From the IMG/VR virus record IMGVR_UViG_3300043205_000037, positions 1 to 24,602 of that record: 24,602 nt of DNA; one strand, 5' to 3'. The DNA comes from a virus. Lineage: Duplodnaviria; Caudoviricetes. Each line of letters opens with the position of its first letter. The first letter of the stretch is position 1. The translations under genes and the position numbers were made by a program. Below the pieces are notes generated by a model, which did no database searches, was not told the origin of the DNA, and saw only the letters and a program-made list of their open reading frames with translations. Positions 8,860 through 18,227 of the stretch are shown in pieces.

Positions 8860-9573
8860 TCAGTCACGGCACTCGCCGAATTCGGTTACGCGCCCGTCAT
8901 ATTTTTGGATTGAAGCGCACAAGCGGCTTGCCTCCGTAACGTCGCCTTCCTCTTTGCAGCTTCCTTTGATGCGCCAGTATTTGCCTTTGTCCTCTGCCAG
9001 CATCGGCGCTTGAACTTTAATATCATGGTGATGAGCATCAAAAAGCGCTTCGATGATGCTTGTGGCTAGCCTAGCATCAAAAACAACACCTCCGCGCGCC
9101 AATCCGGTTAAAAACATAATCCCCGACTCGGAAGCCGGGTCGGATCCTTCGTTTCTGAGCCGTGGTCCTGAAGCTGGAGCCGAATTCAAACTTGATTTCT
9201 GTTCATTATGGCCGTCGCGTATTGCTTTGACGACCAAAGGATGCGGTGGGCATCGAACATACTCGCCAAAATCGATCACTCGCGCATCACGCTTCTCAAT
9301 GGAGAGGAAGAATTCCGCAGGACCATTGATCGCTCCGTCGCGGTTTCGATTGCCTTCGACACGCCAATAATCTCCCCTATCTATCAACGACAGCGGCGAT
9401 TGCTCCCGAAGGTCGCCATAATGCGCCTCGCAAAATAACTCCGCGAGCTTGATTGCTAGGTTTTTATCGGACAAGAGGTCATCTGAGAACGTTTCCATCA
9501 TGATCACAAGCCTTGCTGTGAGATGCGATGAAATCAAGCAATTGCTTCTGTCAATGCGTCGGTTTCGATCCAC
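8860..9573 (-). CDS. Immunity protein with two tandem NTF2-fold immunity (YbbC/YhhH-like) domains
   Basis: Internal duplication: LAIKLAELFCEAHYG..QSPL...GDYWRVEG...SIEKRDARVIDFGE versus LATSIIEALFDAHH..QAPM...GKYWRIKG...SIQKYDGRVTEFGE. True start may be ATG 9501. Confidence 0.75.
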   Translation of the reverse strand: MDRNRRIDRSNCLISSHLTARLVIMMETFSDDLLSDKNLAIKLAELFCEAHYGDLREQSPLSLIDRGDYWRVEGNRNRDGAINGPAEFFLSIEKRDARVIDFGEYVRCPPHPLVVKAIRDGHNEQKSSLNSAPASGPRLRNEGSDPASESGIMFLTGLARGGVVFDARLATSIIEALFDAHHHDIKVQAPMLAEDKGKYWRIKGSCKEEGDVTEASRLCASIQKYDGRVTEFGECRD

Positions 9574-11029
9574 GCGGCAGCAGCTTAAGCGGAGGCAACT
9601 CGGTCACACTGTACTCCTTTCCCGGCCCAGGCGCTCGGATAAAGAAGACCCTCATAGGTGGAAAGGGGGCACCGGGCTCCCAGCCCAGTTCCGTAACGCG
9701 AAGATCATTGCTATAGACGTGCCACCCCAGCTGCATCATTTGAAGATAGATAGTCTGATTTGGTGTTAGAGTTATAGTTTCGTCGCCGGTCTTTATTTCA
9801 AGAACTGAGGGCCCCATGCCAGGCATAATCGCTATGATATCGGGATATCCAAGAATATCTTCCGGCAAACCGATCATATGCACGGCCGGCTCCTTGATGG
9901 CCGGTATACCGATGCTCTTAAGATAAGCCATCCAGTGATTGACATTCGCTTCGTGAAATCCCGCACTGAAGTCTACGACAGGAATCGGTGCCGCGGCGCT
10001 TGAAAAATCAGTCGCAGCATCCTTCGGGCGAAACTTTCCGCCCTTCCCTCCGGCGGTTCTTGCGGGCCATCCGGGGTGTTCAGGATCGTCCGGGCTCGCT
10101 TTTCCAAGCGCGTGATTCGCGAACCGCTTTCCCACATTTGCACTTTGCCCGTTCGCGTTGGCATTTCCGTCACTCGCCCCCTCCCCGCCCGCATTGGCCT
10201 CGATCGGCACAAAGCCCGTCGCCGTGAGCACCATCGGGCGATCGGCTGCGGCGTTGTCGAAGGGGTCGAGGCCGAGGGCGTCGCGCATTTCGTTGAGGGT
10301 AAGCGCGCCGACTTTCAACCGGCCTTCCAGCACCGTCTCGGGATCGCCCTCGTCCTCGTCGAGCCAATGCAGCTCGAGATCGGGCGAGGCAAATTCCTCC
10401 GCCACGATCTCGTCGATCAGATCCTTGACCCACTCCTTGGTCGGCTCGAGCCCCTCCTCTTCGGCCTGCGCCGATTGATTCTCCGCCGTGGCGCGGTTCA
10501 TCGCCTTGGTGGCCCATTGCGGCGGCACCGAAAAGGCAAAGCAGATGATGCGGGCGAGCCACTCGTCGAAATCGTCCTTGTGCTGTGGCTCTTTGGTCTG
10601 GACGACCTTGGCCGCCGTCTCGCCGGGCACGAATTTTGCGCGCCGCCGCTTGGCCAGGTCGCCTGCGAACTCGGTGTCCCAATAATCCTGGAACTGCTTG
10701 ATCTGGTCCGGCGTCCAGCCCTGCGGCACGCCGATCAGCGCGTCGGGGATCGAGCCTTCGGTGAAATAGTCGAGCTGCCAGAGCTGGCGGCGCAGCGCGA
10801 TATTGACCGTCATCAGCACCTGCTGCACCGGCGAAAAACCGTAGACCCGGTGAGCGCGCACGTTGCGCGGCCGGTAGACGATATCGCGCGCCGAGTAATT
10901 GACCGCGGGCAGGCCTTTGAGCACCTGCTGATAGGCCGGCGGATAGATCGTCGTGCCGTCGGCCGCGGCGAACGGCTGCGGCGTGCGGCCCCAATCGTCG
11001 ATGACGCGCTTGATGGTCGCGCCGTCGAG
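9551..11029 (-). pseudogene. 5'-truncated portal-toxin cassette with a second PD-(D/E)xK nuclease tip
   Basis: 10175-11031 is near-identical to portal 12163-13051. The frame opens after a TAG (CAG in the full portal). Junction LGKASPDDPEHPGWP..GGKGGKFRPKD. Tip GYPDII...VLEIKTG...LTPNQ. Confidence 0.85.
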
Positions 11030-11069
11030 CTATCCAATTGAGTTGGACCGCCGGCGGATTCCCTAGGTC

Positions 11070-11564
11070 TTAATCCAACACGGTACCTCGCCGAGCACCA
11101 TCATATGCGAGATCCTGAAAATCCTTCGGAAAATATTGCCGCTGAAGGTCGTCCACAATTTCATTCGCGCGAATGGAAATGCCCATATTGGGCCAATCTT
11201 TCAGGTGGTTCCACAGTCCCACCATGAGATCAATTCGCCAACCGGGAAACTCCTTCACTAGCTCCTGAAGCGCACTGACAACCGGGCGCTCCAACAGTTT
11301 GAGGTTATGAACGAAGACAACAACTTGCGGATATTCGCTATAATCGCCGTGGACCGAATAATCACCATGGCGCTGTCCTGGTAAAAAATCAGGCCTGCCA
11401 AAGCGCTCGAGCAGTGCATCGACGCGAGGGTAGAGCCGCTCAAAAACATCATATTGCTCGGCTTGGCGACGATCGTACTCGTCCCGACTCATCGTATTGA
11501 TGTCATCTCTAGTTATCATTTTCTGCTGCTCCCGATCATCGCTAGACGGCTTAGTCTGGATCAC
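11070..11564 (-). CDS. Putative immunity protein for the portal-fused toxin
   Basis: 164 aa, acidic, lower GC. Overlaps the portal-toxin stop, with GGAGG upstream of the GTG start. Confidence 0.75.
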   Translation of the reverse strand: MIQTKPSSDDREQQKMITRDDINTMSRDEYDRRQAEQYDVFERLYPRVDALLERFGRPDFLPGQRHGDYSVHGDYSEYPQVVVFVHNLKLLERPVVSALQELVKEFPGWRIDLMVGLWNHLKDWPNMGISIRANEIVDDLQRQYFPKDFQDLAYDGARRGTVLD

Positions 11565-13653
11565 CGCCCCTGCCTCCTCTTATTCCGCGCGGGCCGTAAA
11601 CACGAATATATCTCAATACTTCCCGTTGGATCTTTAGTACCAGTCCATGAATTCTGGGCTCGCTCGACGCCTTAACTTCCTCGATGAGTTCGCGCGCTTG
11701 ATCCGGTGTCATCTGCTCAGAGGTTATCTTATTCCTATTCAAGTAGGCTTCAAATAGCTCATCTACCGCCTCGTTGTATTCAATATGCTCTGCGTTGTTC
11801 CTATTAACGCTTGGATCAGCAAGTGTGCCCGACTTCGTCTTATCAAAGACCTCCCATGTTTCCGGCTTGATGTCCTTTTTATTGTAAACCACCTTCGGAA
11901 CCCAATGATGCCCCTCACCATATCTCTGATAGCGCACCAGGGCATCATCGGGCCCATCCGATTTATCATTCTCATCATCGGCTGCTGCAATTCTAGTCCA
12001 CTGGCCAGCGCCAGGATTGCGCTTGGGCACACGTGGTTCACCAGGGTCGTAACCATATTTTTGAATGAGAGGTGTCCCGTTATTTCGCTTGCGGAGGCTC
12101 GATATATTGGTTTGTTGAGCAACAACTAGTTGTTCACCCCCGCTTTGCTCGCCAGCGTCTTTCGCCCCTTCCCCGCCCGCATTCGCCTCGATCGGCACAT
12201 AACCCGTCGCCGTGAGCACCATCGGGCGGTCGGCGGCGGCGTTGTCGAAGGGGTCGAGGCCGAGCGCGTCGCGCATCTCGTTGAGCGTGAGCGCGCCGAC
12301 TTTCAGCCGGCTTTCGAGCACCGTCTCGGGATCGCCTTCGTCCTCGTCGAGCCAATGCAGCTCGAGATCGGGCGACGAAAATTCCTCCGCCACGATCTCG
12401 TCGATCAAATCCTTGACCCATTCCTTGGTCGGCTCGAGCCCCTCCTCTTCGGCCTGCGCCGATTGATTCTCCGCGGTGGCGCGGTTCATCGTCTTGGTGG
12501 CCCATTGCGGCGGCACCGAAAACGCAAAGCAGATGATGCGGGCGAGCCATTCGTCGAAATCGTCCTTGTGCTGCGGCTCCTTGGTCTGGACGACCTTTGC
12601 CGCGGTCTCGCCGGGCACGAATTTTGCCCGCCGGCGCTTGGCCAGGTCGCCGGCGAATTCGGTGTCCCAATAATCCTGGAACTGCTTGATCTGGTCCGGC
12701 GTCCAGCCCTGCGGCACGCCGATCAGCGCGTCGGGGATCGAGCCTTCGGTGAAATAATCGAGCTGCCAGAGCTGACGGCGCAGCGCGATGTTGACGGTCA
12801 TCAGCACCTGCTGCACCGGCGAGAAGCCGTAGACCCGGTGGGCGCGCACGTTGCGCGGCCGGTAGACGATGTCGCGCGCCGAATAATTGACCGCCGGCAG
12901 GCCTTTGAGCACCTGCTGATAGGCCGGCGGATAGACCATTCCCCCACCCTTCCCTCCCCCGCTTGCGGGGGAGGATAGGAGGGGGTCCCAATACGGCTGC
13001 GGCGTGCGGCCCCAATCGTCGATCACGCGCTTGATGGTCGCGCCGTCGAGCTGCTGCAGCGCGCAGAGCTGGCCGGAGCGCGTGCGCTGGCAATACAGCG
13101 TCGCCGCGTCGATGACGAACATGTCCTCGAGCAGCGCCCGCAGCCAGGTCTTCCAGCGCGTGATGCCGTCGGGCTTTTGCAAGAAAGCCTCGATGCCGGC
13201 GATGCGCGCGGTCACGTCGGGATCGATCGCGGCGCTGCGACGCTTGGATTTTGCATCGCGCGGCCGGATGCGCCAGCGCTGGCGCTCCATCTGGTCCTTG
13301 CGTGTCTCGATGACCAGCCGCAACAGATCGTAGGCGTCGGCGAAACCGCGCAGCTCGGCAAAACCGATGCTCTCGTAGGCACGCGGCCGGGTGACGAGGT
13401 TGTAGCCGGGCGGGAAGTCGAACCGCCTGCCGGCGACGTCGGGCGGCGCGATCGGCCGCATCGGGTCGAGCGGGCCGAACCAGTCGGCGCCCGAGCCGCG
13501 CGCAATGCCATTGCTTGACGTGGCTTGGCTCGACGTGCCTTGGCTCGACGTGCCTTGGCTCGACGTGCTTTGGCTTTGGCCGTAGGACACCTGGATCTGA
13601 TACGGCGACAGCGGCCAAGTCGGCTGGCCGGCGCCGCGCACCTGTTCGCTCAT
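11551..13653 (-). CDS. Phage portal protein fused to a C-terminal HNH/AHH-like nuclease toxin (700 aa)
   Basis: Start MSEQVRG with AGGA RBS. Portal motifs LEDMFVIDA, LDGATIK, YGFSPV, YFTEGSIP, ICFAFSVPP, LTLNEMR..LGLDP. Then KYGYDPGEPRVPKRNPGAGQWT and a lower-GC tip GHHWVP...H.EYN..V. Lies between terminase and protease. Confidence 0.9.
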   Translation of the reverse strand: MSEQVRGAGQPTWPLSPYQIQVSYGQSQSTSSQGTSSQGTSSQATSSNGIARGSGADWFGPLDPMRPIAPPDVAGRRFDFPPGYNLVTRPRAYESIGFAELRGFADAYDLLRLVIETRKDQMERQRWRIRPRDAKSKRRSAAIDPDVTARIAGIEAFLQKPDGITRWKTWLRALLEDMFVIDAATLYCQRTRSGQLCALQQLDGATIKRVIDDWGRTPQPYWDPLLSSPASGGGKGGGMVYPPAYQQVLKGLPAVNYSARDIVYRPRNVRAHRVYGFSPVQQVLMTVNIALRRQLWQLDYFTEGSIPDALIGVPQGWTPDQIKQFQDYWDTEFAGDLAKRRRAKFVPGETAAKVVQTKEPQHKDDFDEWLARIICFAFSVPPQWATKTMNRATAENQSAQAEEEGLEPTKEWVKDLIDEIVAEEFSSPDLELHWLDEDEGDPETVLESRLKVGALTLNEMRDALGLDPFDNAAADRPMVLTATGYVPIEANAGGEGAKDAGEQSGGEQLVVAQQTNISSLRKRNNGTPLIQKYGYDPGEPRVPKRNPGAGQWTRIAAADDENDKSDGPDDALVRYQRYGEGHHWVPKVVYNKKDIKPETWEVFDKTKSGTLADPSVNRNNAEHIEYNEAVDELFEAYLNRNKITSEQMTPDQARELIEEVKASSEPRIHGLVLKIQREVLRYIRVYGPRGIRGGRGGDPD
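12941..12985. repeat. REP-like palindrome inserted in frame in the portal gene
   Basis: CCCCCACCCTTCCCTCCCCCGCTTGCGGGGGAGGATAGGAGGGGG, translated as PLLSSPASGGGKGG. Absent from the portal copy at ~10947-10975. Confidence 0.85.
13524..13568. repeat. 15-bp tandem repeat, 3 perfect copies
   Basis: CTTGGCTCGACGTGC x3, encoding TSSQG/TSSQA repeats in the portal N-terminus. Confidence 0.9.
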
Positions 13654-13707
13654 CGTGGTCCTGTTCTGTCTGGTCGTTGTCGCGGCTGACGGCGCACGGA
13701 AAAAATT

Positions 13708-13743
13708 CCCCTCCCCCTTGTGGGGAGGGGTTAGGGGTGGGGG
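13708..13743. repeat. REP-like palindrome upstream of portal
   Basis: CCCTCCCCCTTGTGGGGAGGGGTTAGGGGTGGGGG. Confidence 0.7.
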
Positions 13744-14045
13744 CCGGGATGCTGCCGTCAAAATACTTGCGGCAGACCCCGGCCCGGCGACCCACGCCGC
13801 CCTTTCGCTATCCGCTGTCCGGGAGGGACATGCGTTCCGCCGGAGCTGAAGTCGGAACACACGGGCGTTGCAGCGGTGCGCGAAGGCAAGCGTGGATCAG
13901 GCCCGCGCAAAGCGGGCCGTCGCGTACCGCCGCGGCTCGCGGCCGCGGCGGCACGACTGAAAATCCAATGCTGAAAGTGGACTTCTAATTCCGGCTGACG
14001 CCAAACGAAGCTACCAACCATAGGCACCGCAGGCCGTCCAGGCCG

Positions 14046-14777
14046 TCAATGATTGCACTGCCGAGAATTGTCGTAACGATCAAGCGGGCAAATGGTGACA
14101 AAATAAAAATGCCGGAACATGCGGGAATCGCGAGAAACCGGTGTGCCTGATACTTCCGACGACATGTGATAACCCTCGAATGGTCCAGCACAAATCCCGG
14201 AACGGAGCCCGGTCGCATCGCTCTCATCATAGGCGACCCCAATACCGCAAGGCGCAGTGTCAGCCCAGCCCCACACCTTGAATCGCGGCTTGTCGGCGGG
14301 CAGCCTGGATATCTCGGCCGTGTAACGAGGATACATGACGGAAAGATAGACGTAGTCCCCGCCGCGCCTGAAGGCATCGAGATTGGCTGCCGCAACAATC
14401 GCGGTCAGCAGCAAAATGAGCGTGGATAACAGCCGACGCCAAGTGTGTTTGAGTCCGTGCTCGACACAGTTCATCGCGGCAATAATGGCGACGGTTACGC
14501 CCGCCCCGCCCCAGAACAAAAACAACAGGGGAATGAAGAATGCGTATAGAAAATATGGACCGGCAATCCCAAAGGCAGTGGCCAGCGGACAGGCCTTCGC
14601 AATGTCGGCGCCGTCGCAAGCAAAAGTGGCAAGGCCGAAAGGGACAAAGACAATATACAGGAGGGATTTGAGGAATGGACCCGGATAAGCAATCAAGCAG
14701 GTCAGCGCACAGCCAGCAGCGGTAGCGACCGGCCAATAGAGAATTCGGTCGTCAGTCGCGCCTTGCACGGCAGTCAT
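14046..14777 (-). CDS. Membrane immunity protein (DRILYWP family)
   Basis: Multi-pass hydrophobic N-terminus with C-terminal PRFK.W...CG.G.AYDESD...HFYF. ATGA overlap with the Ntox44-like toxin. Confidence 0.8.
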   Translation of the reverse strand: MTAVQGATDDRILYWPVATAAGCALTCLIAYPGPFLKSLLYIVFVPFGLATFACDGADIAKACPLATAFGIAGPYFLYAFFIPLLFLFWGGAGVTVAIIAAMNCVEHGLKHTWRRLLSTLILLLTAIVAAANLDAFRRGGDYVYLSVMYPRYTAEISRLPADKPRFKVWGWADTAPCGIGVAYDESDATGLRSGICAGPFEGYHMSSEVSGTPVSRDSRMFRHFYFVTICPLDRYDNSRQCNH

Positions 14778-15847
14778 CGCCCCGGCCGAATACGTCCCGA
14801 TTGGTACAATCTATAGCCCAGTTTCGTATCTTCGACATCCTGCTTCGCCGAATGAGTGTAGACGTCGTCCAGCCGGTCATTACGGCCGAATCGGGAAAAA
14901 TTTAGGGCATAATCGTCTATTGTCGAGAGGACATCGTTCTGATCCAAGCCTGCTGCCGCGCCGTAAACGCCGATCATGATGTTCAGATAGTGGCGGTAAT
15001 CGATAACACGACTGAAGTCGAAACGTTCGGCATCCAGAGACCCTCCAGGGGAAACAGGAAGCAGCAACGAATAAAGGATCCCCCGAGCCACAGACGGTGT
15101 AACGTCCCAAGGCCCGACCTGATCTTGCGGGCTCATCAACGCGCTCAACGCTGTCCCCGAGAATGGGTTTGCCAAGCCCGCCTGAACATATCTTTCCGGT
15201 GGCATGCTAGCAGGCCGAAAAATAGGTTGACCCTGATTGTCGTGGATCGGGACGCCATCACTGTCCACAAATTCCACTGGGGCCCTTGGATGATCCTCAG
15301 GAAGTGTATACGACCAAATATTCTGACGCCGCGGATCATGTACAGTCAGAAGAGTGTAGAGCACACCAGGAAGGTTACCCTGAATTGACGTGTCGTACGC
15401 GGCCGTGTTGGCCGCGTTGCGGCTTGTCTCGTCCGTACGCGTATTAGTCTCGGCCTGAGCGTATTGCACGCGCGCACCAGAGACCTCGCTCGTGTTGTCG
15501 TCTGAAAGATGCGATGCCTCGCCGCTCCCGGCGACAGGCTCACTCCCGCTCGTCCACTGCCCACCGTCGGGGTTTCCGGCCGGCACGCGCGGCTGGTCGG
15601 GGCTGTATTTTTTCAGCTCCGATTGCAGCTCCGCCATCGCCAGTGCCGGCAATTCTTCGCCGAGCTTGCGAACGCCGCGCGCGAGCACATCCAAATCGCG
15701 GCGGATCGCGGCGATCTCCGCGCGCCGCTGCCGCAGCAATTCGTCCTCGTCCGGCCCGGCGAGCGTGCGGATCGCCTTGGCGATCTCGAGCTGGGTGTGC
15801 AAGTTCCGCGGCACGGCGGTCAAAATGCGAGGTCCGTTGGGGTTCAT
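14774..15847 (-). CDS. Polymorphic toxin: carrier domain plus Ntox44-like tip
   Basis: Carrier N-terminus (AVPRNLHTQLEIAKA...KYSPDQPRVPAGNPDGGQWT), ATGA-coupled to terL. Tip LDAER...YRHYLNIMIGVYGAAAGL...DVEDTKLGY resembles the Ntox44 NxxxG...D pattern. Confidence 0.82.
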   Translation of the reverse strand: MNPNGPRILTAVPRNLHTQLEIAKAIRTLAGPDEDELLRQRRAEIAAIRRDLDVLARGVRKLGEELPALAMAELQSELKKYSPDQPRVPAGNPDGGQWTSGSEPVAGSGEASHLSDDNTSEVSGARVQYAQAETNTRTDETSRNAANTAAYDTSIQGNLPGVLYTLLTVHDPRRQNIWSYTLPEDHPRAPVEFVDSDGVPIHDNQGQPIFRPASMPPERYVQAGLANPFSGTALSALMSPQDQVGPWDVTPSVARGILYSLLLPVSPGGSLDAERFDFSRVIDYRHYLNIMIGVYGAAAGLDQNDVLSTIDDYALNFSRFGRNDRLDDVYTHSAKQDVEDTKLGYRLYQSGRIRPGR

Positions 15848-17379
15848 GCGATCGACCCTTTGTCGTCATCGACCAACTGCTGGTAGCCGGCCTTGAGGAG
15901 GGGCTCGACGTCGCCCGGCGCCACCGCGATCACACGGTCAGCGCCGACCATATAATATGTCGTGGACAGACCATGAACGCCGGAGATGTTCTCCGGCACG
16001 CGCAAGCGGATCGTCGCCGGCGCTTCGGGGGCCGCCGCGGCCGCGGCCGGCCGGGCCTGGTCCTCCACCTTGAGACGGTAGAATTCGATGATCGCGGTGT
16101 TGTCGGCTTTCAGCATCAGCTCGGTGACGGCAAAGATCAGCGCGTCGGCGTGATCCGGACTGCCCTCGCCGCGATAGCCCGCGGTGGTGAAGGCGCAGAG
16201 CTGGTCCTCCAGCACGGCGAAACGGCCGACGTGATGTACGATACCCTGCTCGTACAGCGCCGACACCGGCTCGGCGCGCAGCACCTTGCCGCGCGAGGCC
16301 GAGATCATGTGCACCGGCAGATTGGGATCGGCGGCGCGGATGACGAAGCGCACCATCTCGCCGCCGAAATTCTCCTCCGCCACGATGCGGTCGGCGTCGA
16401 AATCGTGATAGGCCTGCACCGCGACGCGGCCCCACGCGGCGGGCGCATCGCGCAGCGAGCGGTCGGCGAGCACGTAAGCGTGGCCGTCGGCGCCGCGCGC
16501 GGCAACGACGATGCCGATCTCGTCGGCGCGTTCGTCGTCGCGGCTCGAGGCGCCCGACGGATCGACCGCGACGACGACGCGCCGGCGGTCGGCCTTCGGC
16601 AGGTCGGCAACGCGCGCGCGGGCGATCATCTCGTAGCTGAACAGCGCACCGTCGAGATTGTCGATATAGACGCCTTCGAAGAAGCGCTTGCGCTGCCGCT
16701 CGGGCAGCCGTTCGAGGCTCTTGAGGTAATCCGCCGATAGATTGTCGGCGTTGTCGCGTGGATTGAGAAATATCCGCTCGTAGTTGTCAGGATCGTCAAG
16801 CGGCAGTTGCGAGATCGGATCGCGCTTCTCGCCGAACAGAACGTTGGTCCAGTGGCCCTTGCTGGTCGGGTTCAAGTCGTAATAGGCGGCCTGGCGGAGA
16901 TCGCCGGCAACCTGCGCCAGCCGGGTCAGCGCGACCAGCACCGAGGAGTAGGGAATCTGCGAGCATTCGTTGAGAAAGATCGTGACATATTCCTTGCCCA
17001 GAATCTTCTCGACCCGCTCCTGGTCGTCGAGGCCGGCGAACCAGATTTCCGATTCGTTATTGAGCGAAAAATACCCCTCGGTGCGGTGGTGTTTGTGCGG
17101 CACCATGGGGTCCCAGAAGCGAAACACCTTCGGCAGCGTGTCAAGCGCGATCGAGGGCCGCACCGCATTGGCGCGGAACCGCAGGATAGCGTGACGCGAG
17201 GCGTCGGCGCGCAGCGCACGGGTGACGATTTCATGGACCAGGAGCGTGGTCTTGCCGGACCGCGCGCCGCCCACGAGCAGCGTGTGCCGCTGCGACCGTC
17301 CCAGGAGCTTTTGCGCGTCCTGCTGCCTGGCAGTGCGCTTGAATTGGGACTTTTGAGACGGCTCGTTCTCGCTTCCCAT
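15844..17379 (-). CDS. terL: Phage terminase large subunit
   Basis: Walker A GGARSGKT, Walker B-like IFLNE, coupling motif DLNP, nuclease motifs VVVAVDPS, IVAEENFGG and SPDHADAL. Confidence 0.93.
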   Translation of the reverse strand: MGSENEPSQKSQFKRTARQQDAQKLLGRSQRHTLLVGGARSGKTTLLVHEIVTRALRADASRHAILRFRANAVRPSIALDTLPKVFRFWDPMVPHKHHRTEGYFSLNNESEIWFAGLDDQERVEKILGKEYVTIFLNECSQIPYSSVLVALTRLAQVAGDLRQAAYYDLNPTSKGHWTNVLFGEKRDPISQLPLDDPDNYERIFLNPRDNADNLSADYLKSLERLPERQRKRFFEGVYIDNLDGALFSYEMIARARVADLPKADRRRVVVAVDPSGASSRDDERADEIGIVVAARGADGHAYVLADRSLRDAPAAWGRVAVQAYHDFDADRIVAEENFGGEMVRFVIRAADPNLPVHMISASRGKVLRAEPVSALYEQGIVHHVGRFAVLEDQLCAFTTAGYRGEGSPDHADALIFAVTELMLKADNTAIIEFYRLKVEDQARPAAAAAAPEAPATIRLRVPENISGVHGLSTTYYMVGADRVIAVAPGDVEPLLKAGYQQLVDDDKGSIA

Positions 17380-17501
17380 TCGCGTTCTGTCGTTCTGTTG
17401 TTCGGTGAATCACACTCCTGCGCCAGAGAAAGCGGCGCTCACTGTTGAGCCAAGGATGGACAGAATTCCGAATCCGAATGCAAGCGGCCGTTGGCCAACG
17501 A

Positions 17502-18200
17502 CTAGCAGGTGAGAACGAAATAGAAGTGGCCGAACGCACGGGAAACATACTCAACTTCGACGGTGCCGATACGTTCGTCTGTTACCCATCGGGTGCGAAA
17601 CACCAACGCGCCGCTCTCGTCATAGGCTATACCCGTGCCGCACGGTCCGTAGAAGTACCGTTGCCACACCTTGAACCGCGGCTCATCGGCTGGCAGTTGC
17701 GCCACTTCGACCATGTAGCCGGGATATCGGGCAAGCAGATAAATGTAGTCGCCAGCGGTATGTCCTGCGCGCCAGAAAAACTCGACATTGTACAGCGCAA
17801 CCAGCGAAACCAACGGCAAAATCACGATGGACAAGAGCCGGCGCCAAGAGTGCTTAAACCCCCTTTCCACTCCCTCCATGACGGCAATCAAAGGAACAAC
17901 CACACCCGCGCCAAGCCAGACTCCAAAGGCCAGAGGACCTATTATCAGGGAGAGCAATCCAGCGAGAATGAATGGACCGGTAATCCATGCCAACGAGCAG
18001 ACAACGCCGCCACTCTTACAGGCCGCAGCGTCAATAATGAGGGAGACGAAAGTGACGAACGGCGTGAACGGGCCACAAATGAGCTGAACGAGGAACGTAT
18101 CGGACCAGGCGAGTATACAGATCACCGGACAGCCAATGGCGATAGCAAGAGGCCAATAGAGAACTCGGTCGTTATCTGCCCCTTGCACGCCGGACCTCAT
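17502..18200 (-). CDS. Membrane immunity paralog (DRVLYWP family), orphan
   Basis: Collinear similarity to 14046..14777 along its whole length. No toxin immediately upstream. Confidence 0.8.
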   Translation of the reverse strand: MRSGVQGADNDRVLYWPLAIAIGCPVICILAWSDTFLVQLICGPFTPFVTFVSLIIDAAACKSGGVVCSLAWITGPFILAGLLSLIIGPLAFGVWLGAGVVVPLIAVMEGVERGFKHSWRRLLSIVILPLVSLVALYNVEFFWRAGHTAGDYIYLLARYPGYMVEVAQLPADEPRFKVWQRYFYGPCGTGIAYDESGALVFRTRWVTDERIGTVEVEYVSRAFGHFYFVLTC

Positions 18201-18227
18201 TCACGGCGCAGCCGAATGCGCTGCCGC

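Noticed and set aside
1337-11551. MuF (gp7-like) head morphogenesis gene between portal and protease
   Set aside because: No ORF of suitable character and no HxxCRC-type motif seen. Remote homology of the carrier domain cannot be excluded without a profile search.
4810-13051. Diversity-generating retroelement (template/variable repeats)
   Set aside because: No reverse transcriptase in the window, and differences among the portal repeats are not adenine-specific by eye.
142-13743. CRISPR array or IS ends suggested by repeated palindromes
   Set aside because: The palindromes are dispersed with no regular spacers, and no cas or transposase gene is present. They fit REP-type elements.
12134-13795. 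553-aa alternative-frame minus ORF and its copies (10170..10994, 8107..8856, 4449..5150)
   Set aside because: Arg/Ala-rich off-frame reading of the portal. It recurs only because the DNA is repeated.
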